From: an uncultured bacterium
GTDB taxonomy: Bacteria; Fidelibacterota; Marinisomatia; Marinisomatales; AB-629-J13
Assembly (NCBI GenBank): GCA_964489755.1
Contig: CAZBBE010000001.1
Coordinates: forward strand, 356-64,355
Reading direction: 5' to 3'
Length of the DNA stretch: 64,000 nucleotides
Numbering within the stretch: position 1 is the first letter of the stretch; every line of letters begins with the position of its first letter. The translations under genes and the position numbers were made by a program. The notes below the pieces were generated by a model. That model worked only from the letters and a program-made list of their open reading frames with translations, had not been told where the DNA came from and made no database searches. This document shows positions 9,798 through 17,511 of this stretch, piece after piece.

Positions 9798-10760
9798 TCA
9801 GTTTGTATATATGCTCTTAACCCATTTTATGTCACTGTCTGATACCGGTTTTCCAAGGGACGAAGCGACCTCAACCTGGCCTATGTTCCGCTGCCCAAGA
9901 AGTACACAACTGTTTTTTGAATCGGAAACGAGTGTGTCAATCACGCCATGCATTACCGGATTTGGGTGGTCTTTAAATTTTTCCCTTAATTGTTCCGCGT
10001 TCTTCTGAAAAAGGTTAATGACTGACTCGTCCTTAAAGGCGCCTACGTTTTTCCTGAAGTCCCCTTCAGAAAATTCAGCAGGCTGGGAATATTTTCCGGT
10101 CAACAAGCCGTGCATAAGGGGCGAAAAATAACAAACACCTAAGTTGTGTGTTTCAATGTAATCTTTTAATCCGCTTGATGAATATGTGTCCTCATAAATG
10201 TTGCGATAGGGCTGAACCACGTCGGGATCTGCTCTTTCAATAAAATTCATAATCTTGTTTAAGTCCCAATCAGACAATCCGGTAAATTTAGTTTTACCCT
10301 CTTCTTGAAATCGGTTAAGGGTGTTTGCCGCATCATCAAAATATTCCTCATTATTTCCAAAATTACAGTGATGAAAATACATAAGATCCACACAGTCTGT
10401 TTTCAGGCTGACTAAGGACCGCTCCATTTTTTGTCTCATGTGTGCGGGGTGATACCAACAAGAGTGGGGGCCTTGGTCCCACCCAACTTTCGTAGCAAGA
10501 AAAATTTCATCCCGGGGGACAGTTTCCCACATGGAGCCAATCACGGATTCTGACCGGCCATCTCCGTAAACATCTGCCGTGTCCCAATGGTTTATCCCAA
10601 GTTCCCAGGCCCTAACTAGCGCCCTTCGGGAGTCTTTGTTTTCCTGTCCCGCCCAACCAACAGACCTGCCGCTTGACACATTTGCCCCACCATAAGACCA
10701 AGTTCCCAGGCTTACAGACGATACAGACACTTTTGTTCTTCCCAGTAAAACCTGTCTCAT
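9798..10760 (-). CDS. aldo/keto reductase family oxidoreductase
   Basis: LGTWSYGG, HWDTADVYGDG, …ATKVG…, and a C-terminal LLGQRNIGQVE pattern typical of the AKR family. It starts 18 nt downstream of the ArsC-like gene. Confidence 0.85.
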   Translation of the reverse strand: MRQVLLGRTKVSVSSVSLGTWSYGGANVSSGRSVGWAGQENKDSRRALVRAWELGINHWDTADVYGDGRSESVIGSMWETVPRDEIFLATKVGWDQGPHSCWYHPAHMRQKMERSLVSLKTDCVDLMYFHHCNFGNNEEYFDDAANTLNRFQEEGKTKFTGLSDWDLNKIMNFIERADPDVVQPYRNIYEDTYSSSGLKDYIETHNLGVCYFSPLMHGLLTGKYSQPAEFSEGDFRKNVGAFKDESVINLFQKNAEQLREKFKDHPNPVMHGVIDTLVSDSKNSCVLLGQRNIGQVEVASSLGKPVSDSDIKWVKSIYTN

Positions 10761-10778
10761 TATTTTACCCTTTTAAAA

Positions 10779-11129
10779 TCAGTCTATTAATGTTAATACA
10801 TTCTCGGGTGGGCGCCCTAAAACGGCTCGATCTCCCTTAATCGCGATCGGCCTTTCTATAATTTTTGGATAGTGTGACATGGCTTCAAACAAGACCTGTA
10901 TATCCTCTAATTTGTCGGTTAACCCTTGCTCTTTAAAGTCCGCTTCTCGGGTTCTAATAAACTCTTTTGGATGTAAACCCAGTTTTTTAGATAAACTTTG
11001 TAAATCTGAAACTGAGGGCGGGGTTTTTAAATATTCAATTATTTGAAGTTCAACACCCTGGTCTTTTAGAAGCTGCACGGCTTCTCTGCTTTTACCTCAC
11101 CTGGGGTTGTGGTAAACGGTGATTTCCAA
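10779..11129 (-). CDS. ArsC-family (glutaredoxin-type arsenate reductase-like) protein with in-frame UGA at the catalytic Cys position; probable selenoprotein
   Basis: The ORF track reports only 10779..11078. The same frame continues upstream: SD AGGAG (11136..11140), TTG 11129..11127, then MEITVYHNPR-UGA(11099..11097)-GKSREAVQLLKDQGVELQIIEYLKTPPS… This matches the R773 ArsC motif ITIYHNPACGTSR with UGA in place of Cys12. Downstream Arg counterparts are present (RTRE, IERP, LGRP). Confidence 0.7.
11068..11085 (-). promoter_or_regulatory. SECIS-like hairpin 11 nt downstream of the in-frame UGA
   Basis: The minus-strand RNA reads UGA-GGUAAAAGCAG-[AGAAGC-CGUGCA-GCUUCU]-AAAAGACC. It has a 6-bp perfect stem and a 6-nt loop containing GU about 19-20 nt after the UGA. 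GGU right after the UGA can pair with the ACC 5 nt past the hairpin, forming a lower helix. Folded by eye only. Confidence 0.45.
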
Positions 11130-11361
11130 TTATTTCTCCTGTTTAAATTGTTTTCAAAAACAACATGTTAAAATATAAATTAAAAACTATACGGACTATG
11201 AAATGAAATTGGATTTTTCCATTTAGAATAATACGTGCATGCTATTAGCTGTACTAATTACTACATTTTATGAAACATGTTGCAAGCAGAGGGGGCTCGG
11301 TTGGTTCATTGAGTGGTTCCACCGAAGAAGGTGGGGTCTCAGAAACAGAAGATTTGACAGA

Positions 11362-12015
11362 CTAAACAAACACACATGCTTCAGAAAGTAGTTTTTTCCT
11401 AAGTACGGGAACCTTTGCTTCTTTATTCGGATAGCCCACCGGGATCAATAAAAATGCCCGTTCGTTTTTTGGGCGCTTAAGTATTTTTTCAAGAAACCCC
11501 ATAGGGCTGGGTGTGTGAGTTAATACAACCAATCCTATTTGATGAAGCGCCATTAATAAAAAACCTGCTGCAATACCAACGGATTCATTCACGTAATAGT
11601 TTTTTTTCTTGGATTTTGCTTCAAATTCATAAATTTGTTTAAATACCACAATGAGGCAGGGAGCCATTTCAAGAAACGGTTTGTGCCAATCAGTTTCAAA
11701 GGGATTTAAGTCTTCCAGCCATTCACGGGTGGCACGGTGGGTATAAAATTCTTTTTCTTCTTTTTCAGCGGCAATGCGAATTTTCTTTTTGGTTTTTTTA
11801 TCCGTCACTATTGCAAATGTCCATGGTTCCTTATTTGCGCCAGATGGAGCAGAAACAGCAATCCGTACTGCATTCTCAATTGCTTCTAATGGAATCGCTT
11901 CATTTGAAAAATCTCTCACTGTCCTTCTGTTTTTCATTTTGTTCAGTAAGAGCTGTGACGTACTTATTAATTCGAATTTATCTTTTTTTATAAAGTGTAA
12001 TTTTTGGAATGGCAT
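11362..12015 (-). CDS. nitroreductase-superfamily flavoprotein, iodotyrosine deiodinase (IYD)-like
   Basis: RRTVRDFSNEAIPLEAIENAVRIAVSAPSGANKEPWTFAIV, then EKEEKEFYTHRATREWLEDLNPFETDWHKPFLEMAPCLIVVFKQ, and a C-terminus LLIPVGYPNKEAKVPVLRKK. It is collinear with animal IYD (…EEEINYMKR…W..[15 protein letters not shown]..FKQ … LLPVGYP..EA.VP.L.RK). Confidence 0.75.
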   Translation of the reverse strand: MPFQKLHFIKKDKFELISTSQLLLNKMKNRRTVRDFSNEAIPLEAIENAVRIAVSAPSGANKEPWTFAIVTDKKTKKKIRIAAEKEEKEFYTHRATREWLEDLNPFETDWHKPFLEMAPCLIVVFKQIYEFEAKSKKKNYYVNESVGIAAGFLLMALHQIGLVVLTHTPSPMGFLEKILKRPKNERAFLLIPVGYPNKEAKVPVLRKKLLSEACVFV

Positions 12016-13426
12016 GGTTCTCCCTTATGGTTTAATTTTGCCGATATTTTTTATCAACTTAACTATTATGCGATTATTAGAAATTATGTTTTTGGGTTCT
12101 CTGTTGTGGGCAATTTATCTTTTATTTTGGAAAGATAAAAAATTGTTTCTTTACTCATTGGTCGGTTCATTAGTATTCTGCCTTTTTCATTTTATTCTGG
12201 AGTCATACCGTTGGCAAATGGTTCCTGCATATCTTCTGTTTATAATCCTTTTTATCCTTTTTAAGAGTCGGGTACGTACATCTCTCTTGTTAAAATCTTT
12301 TCTCTTTATTTTGCTGTTACTGTCCATTCTCCTTCCAGTTGTGGCCCCTGTTTTTTCGTTACCATCACCAACCGGTCCCCACTCAATTGGAACACAAATA
12401 TTTCAGTGGACAGACTCTACCAGGCTGGAATGGTTCACAGAAGAAAATCTCGGCGACTATAGAAAAGTGTTGGTTCAGGTGTGGTATCCATCTCAAAAAC
12501 CAGAAAAAGAGAAACCCGAGCCCTACATTGACCATATAGATATCCGAGCTAAAACCATTGGTAATGCTGGGGGTTTCCCGGGAGAATTAATTAGCCACAT
12601 CAATCTTGTAAAAACCCATTCTTTTTTAAATATTGATCCAGACCTTTCTCAATCGCCTTATCCTTTACTCGTTTTGTCCCACGGCATTACTGGAATGCGC
12701 CAAATTCACACAACTCTTATCGAGGAGCTTACAAGCCATGGTTATGTGGTGGTGGCCTTAGACCATCCCTATGACTGTAATCTTACTGTTTTCCAAGATG
12801 GAACAATTGCAGATTATCGATCTGATATTACCGGACATCCAGACAGTGTCAATATCAGGAGAAACCAATTAGATACTAGGGTTGCTGATGTTGGTTTTGT
12901 TTTGGATAAATTAACAGAATTAAGCACAGCTTCCGTGTTTGGAGGGATGATGAATCTGAATAAAGTTGGTGTGTTGGGTCATTCCTATGGTGGGGCAACT
13001 GCTGTTCAGGTTTCTTATGAAGATGACCGGTTTAGCTCGTGTCTAGTTTTAGATAGCTGGATGAACCCGTTGCCAAACAATATTATAAAATCAGGAACAC
13101 ACCATCCTTTTCTTTATTTAGGTCGCCCGCATTGGGGGGATTCGGATTATCCTTCCAGCCCTGAACTGGTGAAATTATTTATGAATACGTTTTCAGAACA
13201 CAATTACCATTTTATTTTAAAGGGGTCGCGCCATCTCGATTTCTGTGATGCTCCGCTTTTTACTCCCCTGTCAAGCTGGTTTGTTGAAACTGGATCAATC
13301 CCAGCGAAAAAAGCAATTTCCGTTACAAACAGTATCGTTCTTTCATTTTTTGATCATTTCATGAAAGAAAAATTGAATGAATTCCCCAATAATCTTTTAA
13401 GTGAACCTTATATTATTTTTCGTTGA
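12014..13426 (+). CDS. alpha/beta hydrolase, platelet-activating-factor acetylhydrolase (PAF-AH, plasma/isoform II)-like lipase with an N-terminal multi-TM domain
   Basis: The ORF-track frame 11774..13426 runs antisense through the IYD-like gene; the plausible starts are ATG 12014 or ATG 12068. About 5 TM helices are followed by PLLVLSHGITGMRQIHTTLIEELTSHGYVVVALDHP and the nucleophile elbow GHSYGGATA, as in Pfam PAF-AH_p_II. Confidence 0.7.
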   Translation: MVLPYGLILPIFFINLTIMRLLEIMFLGSLLWAIYLLFWKDKKLFLYSLVGSLVFCLFHFILESYRWQMVPAYLLFIILFILFKSRVRTSLLLKSFLFILLLLSILLPVVAPVFSLPSPTGPHSIGTQIFQWTDSTRLEWFTEENLGDYRKVLVQVWYPSQKPEKEKPEPYIDHIDIRAKTIGNAGGFPGELISHINLVKTHSFLNIDPDLSQSPYPLLVLSHGITGMRQIHTTLIEELTSHGYVVVALDHPYDCNLTVFQDGTIADYRSDITGHPDSVNIRRNQLDTRVADVGFVLDKLTELSTASVFGGMMNLNKVGVLGHSYGGATAVQVSYEDDRFSSCLVLDSWMNPLPNNIIKSGTHHPFLYLGRPHWGDSDYPSSPELVKLFMNTFSEHNYHFILKGSRHLDFCDAPLFTPLSSWFVETGSIPAKKAISVTNSIVLSFFDHFMKEKLNEFPNNLLSEPYIIFR

Positions 13427-13798
13427 TACTCTTTTCTTAAAAAATATTAATGGATACCATTTTTTCTTTTAACCTTGGTTCTTGAGTTTAACAATGCTTG
13501 ACACTGTGGTGGTAAAAATGATGTTGTGTTTTTTCTTGTTGTTTATAAAATCTAACCCATGTTGGGGTCTTTAGTTGTTTCAGTTTAGTGGGCATTGCTG
13601 ATTGAAAGTTAAAGTAACATTATGAAGTGGTGGGGGTACCTAATATATACTAATTAATTTTCAAAGTTTTAAAATAGTTGTTCAGTTTTCTATTTGACGC
13701 TTTGCACCTATAGATTATTGTCAGTAACCTTTAATGTTTATTTTTATTATTGAACAGTTTTTTCCTCATACCAAAGGCTATCTATTAATTTCTGATTC

Positions 13799-15091
13799 GT
13801 GACACCAAACTTGTCCAAAATTACCGCAATTGTCGGTGCACAGTGGGGTGACGAAGGCAAAGGAAAGGTCACTGATTTTTTTGCCGGGGAATCCGACTAC
13901 GTTGTAAGGTTTCATGGCGGTAATAATGCCGGCCACACTGTTGTTGTTAACGGAAACACCTACAAGCTGCACCTAATCCCCTCCGGCGTTATTTATGGAA
14001 AACCAATCAGTGTTATTGGTAATGGTGTTGTAGTTGATCCCAAGGTGCTGTTGGATGAAATTGATTACATAATAAAAAAGGGGGTAGAACCCAAACTGAT
14101 GGTAAGTGACCGCGCTCATGTTATCATGCCTTATCATATTGCCCTGGATGAAGCATTATCAAATCACCAGGGAAAGCTCGCCGCAGGAAGCACCAAGCGA
14201 GGAATTGCTCCTGTTTATGCAGACAAAATGTTCCGAAATGGAATCCGGTTAATCGATTTACTGGAGCCTGACGTTTTCAGGGAGAAACTTGAAAATGGTT
14301 ATGGGTTTTCCAAGAGCCTTATTGAAAAATCGCTGGGGCATAAACTGGGAATACCAAAGGAAGAAATATTTTACACTTATTCCGGTTATGGCCAGCAGCT
14401 AAAGGAATATGTCGCAGATACAGCTGTGGAATTGTACAACGCACATAGATCAGGTAAATCCATTTTATTCGAAGGCGCCCAAGGTATCAGCCTGGACGTT
14501 GACCACGGCGTTTATCCTTACACCACGTCCAGCAATACAGCTGCCGGGCATATTTCCACTGGGACCGGTGTCAGTTTTCGGGATATTAATCGAATTATTG
14601 GAGTTGTAAAGGCTTATTTAAGCCGTGTAGGAGAAGGCCCTCTTCCGTCTGAAATGTATGGAGATGCTGCGGTCTCTCTTCGAGAAAAGGGCCATGAATA
14701 TGGAACCACAACCGGTCGCCCACGTCGTATGGGTTGGTTAGATCTTGTCCAGGTTCGCCAAGCGGTACGCGTTAACGGACTTACTGAAATTGCCCTGACA
14801 AAATTGGACGTCCTAAACGGGTTCGAAAAGCTTTCTGTCTGTGTTGCTTATGGTGTGAACAATGAACATATCACTGAAATGCCTGCCAGTCTTACGTTGT
14901 ACCGTAAAGCCAAACCAATTTATAAAACATTGCCCGGTTGGGGTGATTTGCCTGAAAATATATGGGATAAGGGCTACGACGAGCTTCCCCAAAACTTAAA
15001 AGATTATATTGATTTTATAGAAGGTGAGGTCTGTTGTCCCGTGAAAATCGTTTCCGTGGGGCCCCAGCGCCACGAGACCATAATTCGTTAG
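13799..15091 (+). CDS. purA: adenylosuccinate synthase
   Basis: GAQWGDEGKGK P-loop, GGNNAGHT, TTKRGIGP-like STKRGIAP, GTTTGRPRR. The start is uncertain (GTG 13799 or TTG 13811). Confidence 0.95.
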   Translation: MTPNLSKITAIVGAQWGDEGKGKVTDFFAGESDYVVRFHGGNNAGHTVVVNGNTYKLHLIPSGVIYGKPISVIGNGVVVDPKVLLDEIDYIIKKGVEPKLMVSDRAHVIMPYHIALDEALSNHQGKLAAGSTKRGIAPVYADKMFRNGIRLIDLLEPDVFREKLENGYGFSKSLIEKSLGHKLGIPKEEIFYTYSGYGQQLKEYVADTAVELYNAHRSGKSILFEGAQGISLDVDHGVYPYTTSSNTAAGHISTGTGVSFRDINRIIGVVKAYLSRVGEGPLPSEMYGDAAVSLREKGHEYGTTTGRPRRMGWLDLVQVRQAVRVNGLTEIALTKLDVLNGFEKLSVCVAYGVNNEHITEMPASLTLYRKAKPIYKTLPGWGDLPENIWDKGYDELPQNLKDYIDFIEGEVCCPVKIVSVGPQRHETIIR

Positions 15092-15174
15092 AAGAGGTCT
15101 CGTGTGTTTAGGTGTTCAAAAAAATGTAGATCAAGTTTTAACATCTAAAAACTTTCGCAACTAAATACATAAAA

Positions 15175-17511
15175 ATGGCATTCACGAAAGAAATTGTTGA
15201 CTTCTCCAGGCTTTCCAACACTGACATTAAGGCCAAGTTGAATGAGCTCAATATTCCGCTAACCGTAGATGAGGCACGCAAAATTCAAAATAATATGCTA
15301 GGCCGTGCTCCGTCCTTGTCAGAATTAATCCTTTTTTCAATCCAAGGTTCAGAGCATTCCAGCTATAAAAGCAGCCGATCACATTTAAAGCAGTTTACCA
15401 CCACTGGTCCCGATGTGGTTCTGGGCGCCGAGGAGGATGCTGGTGTGGTTGCCGTGGCCACAGATATTGATGGAAGTCGTTGGTGCATCGTTATGAGCCA
15501 TGAGTCTCATAATCATCCCTCCCAAATAGTCCCTTATGAAGGTGCTGCCACCGGCGTAGGTGGGAATGTGAGAGATGTAATGTGCATGGGTGCCGAGGTG
15601 ATCGCCTGTACTGATTCATTCCGCTTTGGGGAAATCAATAACAATAAAACCAAGTGGATTCATGACGGCGTGGTGGCAGGTATCGCTGGATATGGTAACC
15701 CCTTGGGTGTTCCCAATATTGGTGGGGATATTTATTATCACAAAGGCTATAACGAAAACTGCCTGGTAACATTGGTAACGCTGGGTATTGTGAAAGAGGA
15801 CCAAATTATCCATTCTTATGCTCCAAAAAATGCAGATGGGTATGATCTTATTCTAATCGGAAAACCTACGGACAACAGTGGTTTTGGCGGCGCCAGCTTT
15901 GCCTCCCTGGAATTGGAAGAAGAAAAAAAAGAGCAAAACAAAGGAGCAGTCCAGGAGCCCAACGCCTTCCTAGAAAGGCATTTACTCAAATCTACTTATG
16001 CCTTGTTTGACATCCTGAAAGAAAAAGGACTGATCGACAATATCGGTTTCAAAGATCTTGGTGCTGGAGGTGTGGCCTGTGCCAGTGTGGAGCTGGCGGA
16101 AACAGCAGGTTATGGATCTGAGGTCTGGTTGGACAGGGTCCACATCGGTATGGATAATTTACACCCTTCTGTTTATCTCTGTAGTGAGACTCAGGAAAGA
16201 TTTATGTGGGTTGCGCCACCGGAAGTAACGCCAATGATTGTAAACCATTATAATAATGTGTTCGATCTGCCCGGCGTAAGCGCTGGTGCCTGCGCTTCTG
16301 TTATTGGAAAAATCAGAAACGACGGCCAATACATTGTTCATAACGGAAATGATGAGATTGTAAATGCCCCGGCGGAAGAAGTAACAGAAGGTTTTTTATA
16401 TAATCGTCCATTTGAACCAGGGAATAAAATATTTACTGAACCAGTCTTGCCGGAGCCGGTAGATTATAATAAAACATTATTGGATATTATTTCCCATGAA
16501 AACATGGCCAGCCGTGGGCCGGTGTTTGAACAGTATGATAAACAGGTCCAGGGGCGGACATACACGGAAACAGGGTTGGCGGATGCCGGGGTTATGGCTC
16601 CGTTTAATTCTGAAAAATATCCGGAAGAAATTCGAAATATTGGCATTGCTCTTTCTACCGATCATAACCCTATGTATGGACTTATCAGTCCTTATTGGGG
16701 TGGAATAAACGCTGTGGTAGAGGCCATGCGCAATGTGGCTGCCGTGGGAGCAACACCCCATGCTATTACTGACTGTTTGTGTTTCGGTAACCCAGAAAAA
16801 CCTCAGCAGATGTGGGAATTTGTAGAAAGTGTTCGCGGTGTGTCTGACGCTTGCCACGCTATCACACTGAAAGAGTATCCAGATGAGGCCACGCCCATCA
16901 TCGCCGGGAATGTGAGTTTTTATAATGAATCCAAAACTGGTGCAATCCCGCCAAGCCCTATTATCAGCTGCCTTGGTAGGCTCAAGGATGTAAACAAAAC
17001 TGTACCAATGCATTTTCAAAAGACCAATTCTGTTTTGCTTATGGTGGGTGAGCGAAAAGATGAATTGGGAGGCAGTATCTATTACAGTCTGCATAGCGAG
17101 CTGGGTGCCCATGTACCGAAGCCCGAACTGGACGAGGTGAAGAAACAAATCTTTGCATTAACCGATTGCATTGATGGTGGACTTGTGCTTTCTTGCCATG
17201 ATATTGCCGATGGTGGAGTTGCTGCGGCTATTGCTGAAATGACATTTGGAAACGGGATTGGCTGTGAGGCTAACGTTTTTGGTGATTATTCAGTGGATAA
17301 ATTATTATTTTCCGAATCTGGAGGATTTGTTCTGGAAGTTTTACAGAAAAATGTAAATCCCCTTAAAAGCGTGTTTGCAACATATGAATTAAAAACTGAT
17401 GTGATTGGCAGCACAACAGTACATAGGGTTATAGAAATAAACGGTGTCGTCCATTTATCCACCGGGAGAGTGAAAGAAATGTGGATGCGTGGATTGTGGG
17501 AAAAACTATAA
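15175..17511 (+). CDS. purL: phosphoribosylformylglycinamidine synthase subunit PurL (small PurL / FGAM synthase II)
   Basis: 778 aa. SEHSSYKSS, DAGVV, HESHNHPS, GAATGVGG, two PurM-like repeats, DCLCFGNPE. Confidence 0.95.
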   Translation: MAFTKEIVDFSRLSNTDIKAKLNELNIPLTVDEARKIQNNMLGRAPSLSELILFSIQGSEHSSYKSSRSHLKQFTTTGPDVVLGAEEDAGVVAVATDIDGSRWCIVMSHESHNHPSQIVPYEGAATGVGGNVRDVMCMGAEVIACTDSFRFGEINNNKTKWIHDGVVAGIAGYGNPLGVPNIGGDIYYHKGYNENCLVTLVTLGIVKEDQIIHSYAPKNADGYDLILIGKPTDNSGFGGASFASLELEEEKKEQNKGAVQEPNAFLERHLLKSTYALFDILKEKGLIDNIGFKDLGAGGVACASVELAETAGYGSEVWLDRVHIGMDNLHPSVYLCSETQERFMWVAPPEVTPMIVNHYNNVFDLPGVSAGACASVIGKIRNDGQYIVHNGNDEIVNAPAEEVTEGFLYNRPFEPGNKIFTEPVLPEPVDYNKTLLDIISHENMASRGPVFEQYDKQVQGRTYTETGLADAGVMAPFNSEKYPEEIRNIGIALSTDHNPMYGLISPYWGGINAVVEAMRNVAAVGATPHAITDCLCFGNPEKPQQMWEFVESVRGVSDACHAITLKEYPDEATPIIAGNVSFYNESKTGAIPPSPIISCLGRLKDVNKTVPMHFQKTNSVLLMVGERKDELGGSIYYSLHSELGAHVPKPELDEVKKQIFALTDCIDGGLVLSCHDIADGGVAAAIAEMTFGNGIGCEANVFGDYSVDKLLFSESGGFVLEVLQKNVNPLKSVFATYELKTDVIGSTTVHRVIEINGVVHLSTGRVKEMWMRGLWEKL

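Noticed and set aside
10779-11078. Reading the ORF-track 99-aa ArsC-like ORF as an N-terminally truncated pseudogene or a GTG-initiated short protein
   Set aside because: The 17 codons upstream in the same frame reproduce the family's conserved N-terminus (VYHNPR-x-GKSR) and follow a strong AGGAG Shine-Dalgarno sequence. The only interruption is a single UGA at the Cys position. Read-through as Sec explains the data better than decay does, although it remains unproven.
11286-11345. A GC-rich patch with the hairpin CCACC-GAAGAA-GGUGG, next to the putative selenoprotein gene, considered as a possible tRNA-Sec (selC) or other tRNA
   Set aside because: I could not build a cloverleaf on either strand. 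There is no T-arm GGTTCRANYC motif and no acceptor-stem complementarity. The only TCA lies in a CUCAGAA context without U33. It is more likely an inter-gene hairpin or weak terminator.
11129-11362. A functional link between the IYD-like dehalogenase and the adjacent Sec-ArsC gene (a halogen/selenium module, by analogy with selenoprotein deiodinases)
   Set aside because: IYD is a flavoprotein unrelated to the selenoprotein deiodinases. The two genes are separated by about 230 nt containing a hairpin and a new Shine-Dalgarno sequence. Adjacency alone is not evidence.
11774-12013. The 80-codon N-terminal extension of the PAF-AH-like ORF given in the track
   Set aside because: The extension is antisense to the conserved IYD-like gene and has no hydrolase or signal features. 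The membrane domain begins after ATG 12014/12068.
13427-13798. A purine (guanine/adenine), ZTP (pfl) or PRPP riboswitch in the purA leader
   Set aside because: I could not find the conserved core strings (for example the UAUAAU…CCGUAAAUG junctions of purine riboswitches, or the GGGUCGUGA…CCGCCUGGGC of ZTP). I kept it only as a low-interest finding for a covariance-model scan.
16477-17148. Long antisense ORFs in the track (for example 16477..17148 opposite purL, 3698..4150, 45154..45759 and 43993..44430 opposite gyrA, 46695..47213 opposite gyrB, 39377..39799 opposite aceE, 27749..28240 opposite the GDPD gene)
   Set aside because: They lie entirely antisense to strongly conserved genes. They have low-complexity or biased composition and no recognisable motifs. 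They are typical shadow ORFs.
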